Source: Eledone cirrhosa (Eukaryota). Taken from it: a stretch of DNA of 64,000 nucleotides. The translations under genes and the position numbers were made by a program. The notes below the pieces were generated by a model. It did no database searches and was not told where the DNA came from. It worked only from the letters and a program-made list of their open reading frames with translations. The stretch is from positions 29,264,001 to 29,328,000 of the forward strand of contig OZ024743.1 in NCBI GenBank assembly GCA_964016885.1, given 5' to 3'. Positions 41,276 through 56,449 of the stretch are shown one piece after another; the stretch's first letter is position 1, and each line of letters starts with the position of its first letter.

Positions 41276-42533
41276 TTAAAATGGACTTAAATAAAATTAA
41301 ACCATGTACTCTCAACATTAACAAAGAAAGTAACGTTATATTTTACAATGCTCACTAGAATTTGATGAAATACATTCGCTATTTTAATTCTAAATGTACT
41401 ATTAATAATAGCAAGGGGAATTTCTAAGGAACAGAATGGGTCTCCATGAGCATTCCACAGTGATGTGTAAACTCATAATTCCCAAAGATTCTGTGTGAAA
41501 TAGTGCGGACAAGGTTCACTCTTTAATACAATTTCAGTCTACAAAATTTCATTCACAATGCTTAGGTCAACTTAAGGCTATGATAAATGAGAGATACCCT
41601 AGATGCCACGCAGGAGGATCGAACTCTGAACCTTATGATTGCAAAGCAAGCCTCTTAACTTTTCGGCTGTCTTATTCCCACTGTTTTAAGAAATGTAATC
41701 ATCTATAATTATTACATTCTTCATAAGTGATGAAATATAAGTGCTATGTTGAATTTCAACTATTTACTTGTTCTGAATCCCCCTCCCCCCAGCTTTGTAT
41801 TTAGAATCAGAACTTATTGGCACGCAGCTGAAGTATATTTCTTTGTGTTTACTTTCATTTAAAACTCTTTCAATTTTGTTGCAAATATTTGCAGTAGATT
41901 ATTTGTCGAAAGCACTTGTGATCACAACTATTTTATAAATATATTTTTTTTTATTATTCGGTTCGTAAACACAGCTAACAATAGAAGTTTAGAAACTAAG
42001 TCAAAGTGCAGCAGCAGAATCGAGTTATATATTTTAGATCAGAAATATATTTTAGTTTGAGTCACGGAAAGATATATTTACGTGAAACGAAAAATTGAAT
42101 GGTTTAACGAGAACAGTAAATGTTTCGGCTTCGCACTGAATTTCCGGTAAATGCCCATAAAGAAACTATGAAAATAAATTTAATTGAAACTGCAACGAAT
42201 ATAATCTAAAGTTATTCTACGTGTCAAAGAAACAAACTACATTCTAGAAAGAGATAGATAGAGAGAGAGAGAGGGGGTATAAGAGACAGAGAGAAAAGAG
42301 TTTCCAGTTATGGATTACCAAACAATGCCCTGTAGATTATTCCTACAATTATAACACACATTTTCTTTTACTTTTGCTAGTCGTACTAAACATTTTTCAA
42401 AATATCAAGAGGGTGTATATATCCTCAGATTACGCCCCCCCCCCCCATATATATTCCTATATACATAAGTACACAATACTCAAACGCACACACATACATA
42501 TATATATATATATACCGAGAAAAAGCGACAAAC

Positions 42534-42574
<41 letters not shown>

Positions 42575-43359
42575 TGGAGAGAGAGGGGGAGAGAGGGAGA
42601 TAGAGATAGAGAGGGGGTAGGCTAGAAAAACATGGGCGAGATCGTTATTCTATTTACTATATTGAGAGAGGAATTTTTTTGTTTTAAATTTATTTCATCA
42701 AGGAATATCCACATTTCTCCGAGAGGATATATTGTGAATGTAAATGTTCTATAACCCCCCCCCCCACACACACACACATCCACACGCACACATATACATA
42801 TGTGTGTGTGTCTATATGCAACTTGCGGTTCAAAGAAATTAAAGCAATATATCTCCTGGAGTAAATAGGAGAATAAGTCACAGAAAATGTACGGAAGTTC
42901 TAAAGATGGAATGCAATTGTCTAAACCATAAAAAAACATATTACAGAATATGAATGCTGTGTGCTTTTGGGAAAACGAACACCACATTGCAGTTGTTTCT
43001 ATCAAATGACACTTTAGTTACAGCTTAGCATACGTATATGTATGTTGGACATTCGTCCATTTCGACGACAAAAGTTACATTTGTTTGAACAATGAAACAG
43101 CCTGCTTGTGAAATTGACGTGCAACTGGTTGGACGGTCCACGAACATATGAATTCTTATTATATTTCCCAGGGAAATGCAGCATCATACAGTATGTGACA
43201 TGGTTGACTTTTTAAATTTCAAGTACAACTAAAGTTACGCAGCTAGTTGACAGGAGCAACGTGTAAGATATTGGTTTTCTCAAGGACACAATGCGCCGCT
43301 GGGATTCAGTCTGACGATATCATTTTAAAATTATCCATTAGTACACATAAACACATAAA

Positions 43360-44216
43360 CACAAACAAAACATTCGAAAGGTAGGGAAGAAGCTCTACCG
43401 ATATTGAAAGATGACAATTAAATTATTCTAGAAGAATAAGAGAACCGCTCAAGAAATCTTGAGAAAACAGTTTTTAACAAAATAAATTAATTGTTTCGAC
43501 TTTTGGCACAAGGCGAGCAATTACCCAGTGCATTACTGGTACTTTATTTTATCGACCCCGTAAGGATGAAAGGCAAAGTTAACCTCGGCGGGATTTGAAC
43601 TCAGAATGGCAAGGGCCGTAACTATGCGTCAAAGGATGGCGTCCGACCCTCTACCGATACTGCCAATCCACCATAAATTAATAATTGAACCACATTCAGA
43701 TTGGTTGACCGATAATGAAATTGTTTGTTTATGCAGCTTCAAAGAAGTTAGGTTAAGCAATTTGTTTCTATGGATTACCAAAGATTCATAACAGTTTGAA
43801 AATACAGAAAGCAATCAATGTACAAGATTATAAATGCACAGAAATACTGAGGCCAGCTGATCTGAAACTAAGGACATTTTTGCAAGAACACATTCTGCAA
43901 CCCAATCTGAGTCACTTTATAGATTTACTTAAACCTCCAGGTCCAAAGATTTCGAGTTACGTATGATGACATGGATTTCTTTAAATACATCCCATTGACT
44001 GTCCGAGAAGGTAATCATTGAACACGCCCCTCATCAGTCTTTATATTAATATGTCACATCCTTTAGGCCTAACAGCAAACAGATACTAGGTAGAAAAGCA
44101 TATGACATAGTAACTGAACGTTTTAAAATAGATTTCATCATCAAAGTCCTAAGCAAAATATAAAATGAAAACACATTTACCGTTGATGGAAAAATGTATA
44201 AACACACAAAAGTATC
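43360..44216 (+). mobile_element. Penelope-like element reverse transcriptase fragment
   Basis: Frameshifted LTDNEI..SNL-FYGLPKIHNSLKIQKAI..PADLKLR..LSHFIDLLKP..SYV-DDMDF..LYINMSHPLGL..ENTFTVDGKMYKHTK. It is split by a SINE at 43492. Confidence 0.85.
43492..43672 (-). mobile_element. SINE family A, short form, nested in the PLE RT
   Basis: TSD ATAAATTAAT at 43482 and 43673. Confidence 0.92.
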
Positions 44217-45779
44217 GGAGAGGCGGTGCGTTTTTCCCGCCTCTTTACTTTCTACCGAGGTCAACTTTGCATTGCAACCTTCCTGGCTCGATAAAATAAA
44301 ATACCAAGTAACTACTGGGATCTATATAATCGACATTCCACTCCCAACAAGATTTGTGCCTAAATTAGGAAAAATGTTTATGCTTATATATTTCCTACAG
44401 TCAATACCTTGTTTCAGATATCTGTGTATCGTGTATATTTAGTTTTTCAAAATAATGGATTACTTCTTATATATATTTTGACAAGAATGTCAAAAGTATA
44501 TTTAATATGTAAATATAAATAGATTGTACTTTGAATTATCTTTAGCTGGGCGGAATTTTGCTTTGCGTAGTAATGAATATTTTATCATAACAGAATATAT
44601 AAGGAGTTTCTCGTACCTTACAATATATGCAATTGATGTAAAGAAAAAAACTTTCTCCACACTCTTGTTTATTATGATCAGTTTGATATTGTGTCCTATT
44701 ATAAGCGTAAAGGTTATTTGTCTGTAGTTCTTGGATAATTCTTAAGAATTAAGATAATCGTAAGGTATTGACTTCTTTTTAGTTCTAAATTAGTGTATAT
44801 ACTAGAAGTGTAGCACTTTGTCATGTCTAGGTGTTTTACAATTACATTGTTATGTATTTAGCTTTAATTATTTTCATGATTTTTCTGGTTTTATGTTAGT
44901 ATTTATTATTCTGGATTTACATGATCTATCAGGTATCCATACATTTTCTACTTCTTTTGTTGACCCTACATTATATTTCTAACCATTTACATAATTGAAG
45001 GCGAATTATTTTGTTCAGAGAAACAGCGTCGCTTTTGCCACCGACGGATAATGTTTGATTCACCATTCCCGTCTTAAATTCACTTTGAATTCGTGTTTTT
45101 GTTAATTTTTTGATTTGAAATTTATATATTTACCACTTTTACATTTCATTTGACGTTTTTCTTTCACATTATATATTGCATTATGTGTTCCGATAGTTTG
45201 TCGACCAAAATACAATTATGAGAGAACAAACAAAAATATTGTAACAAATATTTATGACAAGCAAAAACCAACACATTGTATATGAAAAACTTTAATGATA
45301 TATAAGCAATGAATACGTTAGTTTGCACAATTTAAACAGTACTGATACCAATAAAAGACGTTTAGATAAACAGAAAAAACGAAAACAAGTAGAGTTCAAT
45401 GAGCGAAAATGTGGTTCATAAGAGTACAGTCGGGTCGTTCAACAATACTTTCGATAGAATTGCGATTAATACTAGGTATGTAACCAAAGAAAATACAATA
45501 TTGCAGGAGCACTTTATCTCCAAATGAGCAAGGAATATTTCTGAACCTTTAAAACACAGGTATTTTACCTATACTCTAAAAGCATAAATTAGTGGCTCCC
45601 AAATAAGCAGAAAAATGTAAGGCACATTGCCCAGCCATTTACTTCTTCACGTTTTTAGCGCTGTCGGTCAGGGCATCGGACACAATGTTAACTTTTGGTA
45701 CTTTGTTAGCTTTTTATTACAACAGGGGAAGTGATCTGGCTCCAAACATTCGTTACCGAACAACAGATCACACACAGAA

Positions 45780-47256
45780 TGTTCATGCAGTTAGACCCAA
45801 ATGAACAAGGGAAGAGTATGCTTCACTAATTGAACGTCATGAAAGAGAAAAACCTGGAAAGAAGTCGTGGAGTAGGATGACGCACTGCAGACGTTTGGAT
45901 CGAAAAGAGCTTGTTTGAGATGTATGAAAGTAAACTAATGAATCAAGTGAGGGTGATTAGGATGAAGAGCTGGTTAACTGAGGTAGAAATATCTCGGATT
46001 AGTGAACACTTAAATGAATCAGTAGATGAACAACAAATGGATGTTGTAGCAGAAACTGAAGCCCTCTCTACGGTTGAAGGCAGAAAGTAAAATGGATAGC
46101 AGGAGCATGTAAATTGTAATGGGAATATTAGGACTGCTGAAGAGGAATGTTATTCATTGAACTGGCATTGATATGGCTGAGGATAAGAATTGTGATGTAA
46201 GAGGGGGGAGTCACTTGGATTATAAGGCATTTGAGTTATGTAGACCACGTATGGATTTGATGAATGCCCCAAAAGTAAGAACTCCAATTAATATGAGAAG
46301 AGTAGAAATGAGGATGATACTTGAAACTACAAAATAAGATAAATGCTGTCATAAAACACATCCAAAGAGATGACATAACGCAAACTAGGAACCTCATCAG
46401 AGCTGTTTCACTGCTTGTAAAGTAACAAATGCAACTGACGAGTATTAAGCAGAGTAAGGCAAAAAACCATGATAGAAAACACGCATTGAAAATACAATAA
46501 TGCGTTTAAGGCGGGATTTAAGTAAATTGGAGTAATGGTTTAGAAGAAAGTTGAAAAGTGGGAAAATGCTGATCAAGAAGCACTAGACATGATATATAAA
46601 ACACAGAGAAGCGGATTCCATGCAATGATAGAACAGCTGTTCTCTCAAAAGTCAGAAGATAAGGAGATATTTAGATAGAAATAAACAATTTGAGAAGAAT
46701 AGATTGCTCCAAAATAATGCAAAACAATTCGTCCGCACTTTGGAAGGAGACAATGGGAATGGGAAGGATGCTATCAAAAATGCTGATAAGGCCGAGGAAT
46801 TCTGGAAAGGGTTATTGGGACACAGTGTGAGGCATAGAAAGGATGCTAAATGGATATACTCCATCGTGACAGAATTGCGAGGAGGAATTACCATAAGCAC
46901 AGTCGATGTGAAAGATCAAGTAGCAAAGATACCCAACCGGAAACCCCCGGACCAGATGGAATCTACGGATTATGGTTGAAGAGATGCAATGCAATACATG
47001 AAAGACTGGCAAAACAACTGAATGAATTTGTCCAGAGAGGTGCAGTCCCCACCTGGATGGTTACAAGAAGGACAATGATAAAAGATAGAATGAACATGCC
47101 TTGGGAACATACCGCCCTATACTATAATATGGTAGGTTCTCACTGAGATATTTGCGGGACAGACATATGCTTTTTTGTCACAGGATGGAATATTACCAAA
47201 AGAACAAAATGGATGTAGGAAGAGGTCTCAGGGTACCAAGGATCATCTGGTTATTG
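45780..47256 (+). mobile_element. R4/Dong-like non-LTR retrotransposon, N-terminal to RT, decayed
   Basis: Motifs KLMNQVRVIRMKSWLTEVE, RIENTIMRLRRDLSKLE, KIRRYLDRNKQF..NAKQF, PGPDGIYGLWLK..HERLA..VPTWMVT and EQNGCRKRSQGTKDHLVI. Confidence 0.82.
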
Positions 47257-47570
47257 TATGCTTGATCATATTGCAAATCTCCTTGCTTAAATCATGTCCT
47301 CAATGTTTATCCTAGATATCCTCTGTACTTCTCTCAAACTGACCATGTATTCTCATTCTTAGAAGATCTTTTGTCTTTTTCTTCAGCTCGTTGGTTGAAT
47401 TCTTTCTACTGCATTTATACCCATATCTTTTGCTGCATATTGCAACACCTCTTCGTCACTGTTTATCAAATATTCTGCAAGCGTTCTCCTATCACTCCTT
47501 ATACAATGATCCTCACTGAATTAGGCCTCTGCCACCATTCATTCTCCTCATTATCCATCTGCACTGCTGG
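47257..47570 (-). mobile_element. R4/Dong-like post-RT fragment in opposite orientation
   Basis: Minus strand reads MRRMNGGRGLI, TLAEYLINSDEEVL, MRIHGQFERST and KQGDL..DQA. Confidence 0.72.
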
Positions 47571-47732
47571 ACATAGGAATAATGAGTATGTGCCTGTAAA
47601 TTGGAGAACATCTGAGAAAGGGCACTTTGGCCTTGTGGGTAAAGTTACCGTGGCTTTTTGTGAGGAATTTTTTTCTATTCTTCAGTGTCCTCTTAATCTT
47701 AATGTACGCCCTGTATGTCTAATAAACATCTT

Positions 47733-47920
47733 GGATTGGCAGTATCGGTAGAGGGTCGGACGCCATGCTTTGCATCATAGAGTTACGGCCCTTTACGATC
47801 TGAGTCCAAATCCTGCCGAGGTTAACTTTGCCTTTCATCCTTACGGGTTCGATAAAATAAAGTACCAGTAATGCACTGGAATAATTGCTGGCTTTATGTC
47901 AAAAGTAGAAACAATTATTA
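47733..47920 (+). mobile_element. SINE family A, short form
   Basis: Matches the family consensus. Confidence 0.9.
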
Positions 47921-50900
47921 TCAATATTATTATTATTAAGAATGCCTATATTTTCGGATCAGTTACGCGAAGTCTTTTAAGTTTTGGGTTCTATAAATCC
48001 ACAAGTCACTTCTCAGTTACAATATCTTTTGTTCTACTTGAACGTTTTATTTCGGTTGAGATTAATTTCACTCTTGAATGACTGTTATTGGTTCTGGTAA
48101 GACAACAATAATTATTCTATATTTTTTCTTTAATTTTGTTTTAGTACAAAGGTTTAGTGTCATAGATTTTGGAAAGGAACACAAATGTTATCGATCCATC
48201 AAAAATATAATTATAGCCAACACCGACGGAATTTGAACCGAGAAACTATTTAGATATGAATAACCATCCAACGTTACGAGTCACCAGAAGAATTGCTTCG
48301 ATGTTGCCTGACCTATTAGTAATAACAAACAATCTCTTAATCATATATTTTCTTAAAGAGTGGCTTGATGTATTGGATGTTGTAGTATTGCATACACGAT
48401 ATCATTGTGTTGGATTTCCATCAGTTCCAACGATGAGTGTTCCAGTTGTCTGATCAACGGGACAGCCCTGCTAGTGAAATTAACAGGCAAGTATTAAATA
48501 CGTTCTACAGACACGTGCACCTCTGAAGTAATTCTTAGGAAGATTCATTATAGCAGAGGGGTTGGACAAGACTGGCTCTTTCATTCACAGGTACAACCCT
48601 TATTACCAGGTGAAGTGACTAAAATTACGTGAAAAAAGTGTCTTGCTCAAGGGCACAACTTACCACCGTGAATAGGCCTCTAGACCTTAAGGACGTGTGC
48701 CAAAGAATATTGAACGTCTGCATCATGTGCCATCACGTACCAAGTCTAAGAAAATAAAGAAAGACGGAATAACTACGAACGTTAAATGAAAACTACATCA
48801 TTAAAATGTTATTTCATCCAGAGCATTATCATTTCTGTTGTTTGCTACCCTATTACTAACTTTGTGATTATTTCTTATATAAATTCATAGTTAGAAGGAT
48901 ATATTCTTTTAGAAGGAATGGTAAATCAGAGCGAATCGACTCTCCTATTAGTTTGTTTTCATTAAGAAATACTATAGCTATTGTATTTCCAGTGGTATCC
49001 TTAATTTACTTTCAGTCTTTATTTTCTTATTAACCTCAATATTTATCTCTTTACTCCTTATATTCCCTTTGTTTTCTTAACTCTTCTTTTGAGGAAGGAA
49101 TTTTATAATAATAATAATAAGGACTAATAAAGATAGCCAAGGTAACATTCCAACAACTTTATTGTCTTTACGTTAACATGTATTGTTCTATTTTACTTGC
49201 TGTAGCCTTCTAAAACACTATTTTCTATAATTTCTTTTATATGCTAGAGTTAACATTTAAGCACAATCAACCAATAATTTACAGAAGGTTGCACTCTGGA
49301 TCATCACAAAACTTGTCTTAACAATTTCTAGGAATTTCTCAGTTTTTCTTTCGGATTATTGTGTTCATTTCCCTCTTTAATCTTCCTTCTTAAAGCTAAA
49401 CCTATTGTTTCACTTCCACACGCAAGATATTTAAACGTTAGCTTTAACTCTCACCCGCATCTTTGTCTTTGAAGGTGTTAGGCAATTATCCATGGCCTTT
49501 TGCAGGGCCTCTGAGACTAGGAGTGGTGGCGAAGTGATGACGAAATCACGATTCATGGACTGCTGCGATAGAAAGAAGTGCACCAACATATTGACATAAT
49601 CTCCTGGTTCAAATGCGATTGAGTGAATTACAGACATGTCATCTCTCCCTAGATCTCTCACCCACGCCGAGGTTGGCAGGTCTGGAATTATGCTACAGGC
49701 AGCCGAAGGCCATGTAATTTTGTTCTTTTAGTTATCACTTATTTTAATTTCTTCTTCTGATTCCGTAAATATTTCCTGCTTTACTCTAACTGGAGACACA
49801 TACCTTTTTATGAATTTTATAACACTCCTATTACGTGGTATAATTAAGTTGAGTAGAATTCTAGCCTACCTATTTTCTACTATTAGACCGTCAACAATTC
49901 TGTATGGTTGTATTGCATCATGTATATGAATAGTTTCTTTAAGTTAACCATTATTTTCTTTCCTAATAGAACCGTTAAGAAGCAATGACTGTAAATTGTC
50001 GGATAAATTACTGCGCTGCTTTTCGTTGAATTCGATGATATACTCAGTGCAAAATCCAATTTTAATGAAATATGAGGCATCAAATTGCGGCAATGATTAA
50101 ATTGATTATAACCCTTCCTTACAAAATCGAGGTCATGTGGAGAAGACTAGAAATTATTAATATTACCCAAATATGCATTTCTTCAATGATGTATAATTTC
50201 TACACACCATTACCTTGCTATATTTAGACTTACTTTCCCTACTGTTTACCTTCATATTCTAGCAATTCTCACAACTGATTAATTTCCTTTGCTTGACTAT
50301 CTTTCTCTCTCACCTTTCTCTGTCACCTGTCTTATTGTTGTTTTTGATGATGTTGTTGTTGTTTTTCTTCTTTTTCTTCTCTCTCTCTCTCTGATTCCTT
50401 CCTTATTATAAAGCTTATTCCACTAGTTACTAACAAGCCATATCCCAATATCTCAGATTTGGTATTCTCAGATTTTACCACATAACTGTGTTCTCATCCG
50501 CATTTGAAGTAAAGTTCAAGTTCATTTATGGACATTAAATGTGCTGCTGTTTCCAAGACCTGGTTTGATGGTAATCTCTCTCTTTCTTATAATCAGGAAA
50601 CAGATTAAACACATATATGCTGAATGATGTAATCTCTTGATTTTATGTTGATGATAGTTTCTCAATCATTATGATCGGCGTCTCATCAAGACTGTATGCT
50701 GTTCTCAATAAACCTTCGTATTCAATTACTTACAATATTTTCAGTTGTTGATAATCGAGGAACGGGAAACGCGTCATGTTTTAGTAGTCGTCTTACCTTG
50801 TAGTATATTCTTTATTGTCTAAACATAGTATACTGTCACAATTTCTCATGTATCCCACACGTTACATCCGGATTGGCAAACTTCTGAAGAAGCGGGCCGG

Positions 50901-53679
50901 ATTGAGAATGGCTGCAGAAGGCGAATAAAAAATGAAACCATGATAATTCAAGGCTATGGAAACAGTTTAACATTTATTTATTTGAATGAGTTTCAGTATA
51001 AGCATTTAAAGTAGGATAAAGTAAATAAATTTTGTTCTATTCATTTGCGAGAGTCAACAGATTTACTGCTAAAGCCTTCTATGTGGGCTTTTAGTATAAA
51101 TATAAAACATTGATTCATTAAGAAAAATTAGTTAGTTTTCAATACTGAATCCAGTTGTTTGCTAACCGACGATTAATGAGAATAACAAATAATTCATGTA
51201 CGCAAACTTACTTATTCAATGAAGTCCCTGAGCCGTATTTGGCCCATAGTCGCTAGTTTGCCTAACCTTGCTCTTTATCAATGACCAACAATCCTTCACC
51301 TACAAGGTCATATGAATATTGTATCCTTCACAAGCAGGCGCAAACACAATTATTGGATACACCACGAAAGCAACATTTTCTTTCATTCATTGTCTCTAGC
51401 TTTGGGCAACGCGTAACAAACATCCTCCGTCACTTTAAATGCTAGGCCTCACAATTTATGATTATCGCTTCAAGCCCTGTAACCTCCACAACAAATCAAA
51501 CATTTAAACACAAAGATGCGGTGTTTGATTTATATTGATTCAAGCATGGTTAAAATGGTTTTGTTTCTTGCTGCTTTCTGCAAGTTCACATGAACTAATA
51601 TAGCATAATTTATACAGTTCTATTTTCTACAGCAATCGCATGTATCGCACTGAATACATTTTCATTTGCAAGAATATTCACTGGTCAAGTGGTTCAAAGG
51701 TTTCTATAAAGAACACATAACCACGTGTCAGTGAGCGGAAAAAAAGCATTTGGCATTTCTATATGGGAAATTATCACTTCACTCAGCTGCAAAAGTCCAA
51801 TTGATATATTTGATTAAAGAGCGTCCACTTTATTTGATAACACATGCGTTTTGAAAACCGAGAGGTAGATGAAGATTGCTAACTTTGTTGGCTTCATCCG
51901 CGACCTTTCTTTCTTAATTTATATGTTGCCTTAATTTGTTAATTTGTTATAGTAAATCACTATAGAAGTAGCAAATGGCAAGCGATGGTCTTAGAGAAAA
52001 TAAAAGAATTAGTAATTAGTGGTGATTATTGAACAGCGAAATTAATTCTATTATCGAATATGAGGAGAAAAACAACGTACTCAGTTGGAATACAATGGCT
52101 GCTAAAACCTAAGGATATAATTCATTTAACTTCATTCAGTGAGGAAATATAAAACTTCTCTATCCAAACGGACATTATTAGCTTCATATTAATTATATAA
52201 TTTTCATCCTTTGCAAATATTATATTACCGGCTTATAAAAATTATTTACGGAAAAATAAAACGGTGATAAATTAATTCAGAAAACAGTTATAAATATCCT
52301 TTATGTCTGAAGTCAACGGTGAGCTTTTTTTCAACTTTAAGATAATTACTGGATTGGCTTCCCTATAGATGATTTAGAAAACTGGGTGTTCGATGCCATA
52401 TTGGGTTTTGTAGAACGATTAACAAAATATCTCTAATACTCTCAGAAGCATATTTTGTTTTTATTAAAGAAATCATTATTATTTAACGGGTTCCGTTGAT
52501 CGGATGAAACCATGGTTAGGCACCGGATTGAAATACTTTTGGAAGATTATATCGACTCTCGTATTTCATTTTGAGCCGGGTACTTAACCTATCTGTCTCT
52601 ATGTTTGTTCAACTGTTAATTTAGATAACACAAAGCAGAGGGCCGGTAAATATATGTGACGGTCTTCTTCACAGTTTCCGCCTAAAATTTCACTTACATA
52701 GCATTTACCAGCCCGAGATTCCATGGAAGGTCCGAACCCGAAACCACGTGGTCACCAAGTAAACGTCTTAATTATATAGCTATGTCTATATATGTAAAAT
52801 GTTTTAAGAATATTCAGATAACACCTCTAAGGAACATTCGTGTGTAATATCTACGAATAATGTATATATAAATCAATAATTTCAAGAACTTTAAGGGTTA
52901 TATATCCATAATTCTCAAAGTGTTAACAAACGAGAAATAATATCTTTTAAAAGAAGACACTATGTTATCGTAGGTAACTATTTCTCATAGCTAGCATAGC
53001 TGGGGCACATCAGTATAAATGTGCATTCTAACATTATTTGAACTAAATACCCACCAAGACACATGTTTCAATGTCATATCCACTGTACCGTATGTAGAAC
53101 AAGGACATACAAATTCACAGGAATCTTTTTTTGGCAATAGCTTTCATTCAACCGAAATATTAGCTAAAGCAAAGCACCAGTAAAGCGGTTTATGAAGTTA
53201 GAAGTAATGTTTTCATAAGTATGAACACATTGCATTAAATCTAATTCTTCGAAATTCAGTTTTTTATCTATACATAACTAGTTTCTAACTACTATATGGT
53301 TTAGCTTGCTGGGATTTTCACACTACGTGTTCATTAAAATCTTTGTTTGCTTACTAACCTCTTTTCCCATTCACACTTACTTAAGTTCACATTTACAAAT
53401 TTTACACATATGTTCAATATAACCATCCTTGATGACCTTTCACAAGGAAAACATCCAAACAGCAAAACTTCTTTTATAGATCCAGGAAATTATTTCCCAC
53501 AGAAAAAGTCTGACACGCAACACGGAATACGTATGATTCATGTTAGGATTATCTCACATATCTAGAATATTTCTGCTGCTAAATATACGCAAACACTTTA
53601 GACTAAATTATTAGCAAACTTCCTGTCAGAAAAAAAAAAGCCTCCGTTATACCCAATAAACTTGTTGCTTGATTACTTT

Positions 53680-54600
53680 TTTCTTCTTTCGTTACGTTAA
53701 CGTTTCCCACTATAGTATATTTTGTGGGAGAGACGTAAGATGTCACCCGTTTTAACAGAACCTTCTAAGCCTCTATTGCCTTTAGTAGATTTGGCTCTAT
53801 TACAGGCATTTAGGCTTGTGTAATACCATGGGGTTATGGCACCTCGGCGCATTCAAGTCTGTCCTACATTCTCACAACTAAAACTTAACTTAGTGGACAC
53901 GTATCCTTCTTCTTTTCTAGATTCCATGGAATCTTATGCAGCCTAGCCTTAATATATCTACTCTTACTAACACACAAACTCCATGGTTATTCGTCTCCAA
54001 GTCTTAAATCTCTCTTAATATTTATCTATAGAACATCTTTACTGCTCAGGTTATACTTTTTACTCTAATTAATCTCCAAAATATGTTTTCTGTGTATATT
54101 TCACTCTCGACTCTGTGCATCTTTCCAACATGCATATTAGCAACAAAAGCTTCCAGTTATTGTAGCTAGGTTTCTGACTACAAACCTACAATTACATCCG
54201 TTCCTGCTAATGTTTCATACATTTCTAACCACTATAATCTCTTCAACCATACACTTGTATCCAAGAGTCACATCCACTTTACTCCATTGTAATTTCATCT
54301 TCCTCGGCCGTGTAAACGCTTACAGCAGTTTTTCGCTCTCGCATTTATCCCACAAAATGTCACCGGTACCGAAATCTAATCTTTGATGAACATTAGCAGT
54401 CTACGTCAAATAATTTATTCCATATACACTTTATATCTACCTATATCCCAACTCAAATCCTATCAGACAATCACCATATATGAATCTATAGGACCTCCCG
54501 ACTACTGCCTTATCATGTCTACCCGAAATATATCTATAGCTATATCTTACACAACGCCATCTACATCTTAACCAGTGTGGAAATTCAAGTCAGGTGCCTG
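53680..54600 (-). mobile_element. possible very old RTE-like LINE 3' relic
   Basis: The minus-strand end GGGAAACGTTAACGTAACGAAAGAAGAA resembles RTE-type tails. Protein similarity is weak. Confidence 0.3.
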
Positions 54601-55221
54601 GAAGGAGCTCCGTCAGTTAAAAGTTAACTATTACTGTCAGCCTATGGGTTTCATTCCTGATCAACCAAAGCAGCAATGTGAGTGACATCAACGTTGCTCT
54701 GTTGTATTAATATATATTGTAATGCTCCTTTACCTTTGAGTTCAAATTTCAAAAGGGGGACGTTGCCTTTCATTTTCATATTTCAAAAAATAAATACTTG
54801 TCAGGTAAAGCAGTTGATATAATCGAATATACTTCACTGTTCCCCGCCAAACTGCCTTTTACCAAAGGAAGAAATTACAATTAGTTTTAGTAGTCATAAG
54901 TCTATTGAGCTATTTCGCTTCCCAATCGATTAGTTTTGTGAGGTTTTGATTAGTATAATATTTTTGTTTGCCTCTGTGTAATTCTTCATACACAGAGAGA
55001 ATATATATTAACATATGTCTTTGAAACTCTCTGAGGAATAGTAATACAGCCGTCCAATATACAGAGGATACAAGTTTGATTCCCACAGGTGACTCTGCAC
55101 ATTTACCGTCACTAAAGGATTATATACTCAACATTTTCGACTATTTTATAGGGGAATCTGAGTTGCAGCACTTTACTATAAACTAACATAATTTAAGAAT
55201 TCATTTGCTCAGTGCTTCATT

Positions 55222-55291
<70 letters not shown>

Positions 55292-55677
55292 ATCTATTTA
55301 TCTATCTATCTCTCCCCTCTCTTTCTGTTTGTGTTGAGAAAATAGTGTGAGAATTGTGTCGGCAATTCTCCTGATAATAGAGCTTCAGTTGTTGCGAAAT
55401 TATGAATAATAAACAAAGTCAAACTTGCAAAGTTTAAAGAAATTGCATAGTATTACGTTAGAAACAACAGACATACTGATGTCTTCGTAAAGCAGCCATA
55501 TTGCTAAATCTCGTTGACTTGAACAGAAAGAAAAAACTTTCATTTGTATAACAATGTATATAATATATGCAGATATATGTCTGTCTGTCTGTCTGTCTGT
55601 ATATATACATATATTATATATATACACACAAACACACATATACATATATACACATATATATATTATATATATAAACG

Positions 55678-55745
<68 letters not shown>

Positions 55746-55748
55746 CAT

Positions 55749-55797
<49 letters not shown>

Positions 55798-55800
55798 CAT

Positions 55801-55851
<51 letters not shown>

Positions 55852-55910
55852 CACATACATACACATACATATATACATATATAAATATATATATATGTAT
55901 ATATATACAT

Positions 55911-55984
<74 letters not shown>

Positions 55985-56384
55985 TCATACACTCACCCAC
56001 AGATACAGACACACACACACACACACACCCATATATGTAACTACACACAACACATATATCATACAAAATATTTTTTTTCTTTCGCATCTGTAAATAGACA
56101 GACGAATTGTAGTTGTAGACATACATATGTTCAGTTCACACTTGTCATAATAGCAACATCTTCTTATACACACAAATACGCGTTGATATATGTAGACAGA
56201 CACACAAAACAAAAATATATAAATATACAATTATACATCGTATATACATTAATCCGAATTTTATGGTAATATTCTGTCAATAGTTTACAATAGATGGACT
56301 TACATCGTTTTTCTATATATATATATATATATATATATATGCAAATATATATATATATATATAAAGTATATATATATATATGTT

Positions 56385-56449
<65 letters not shown>

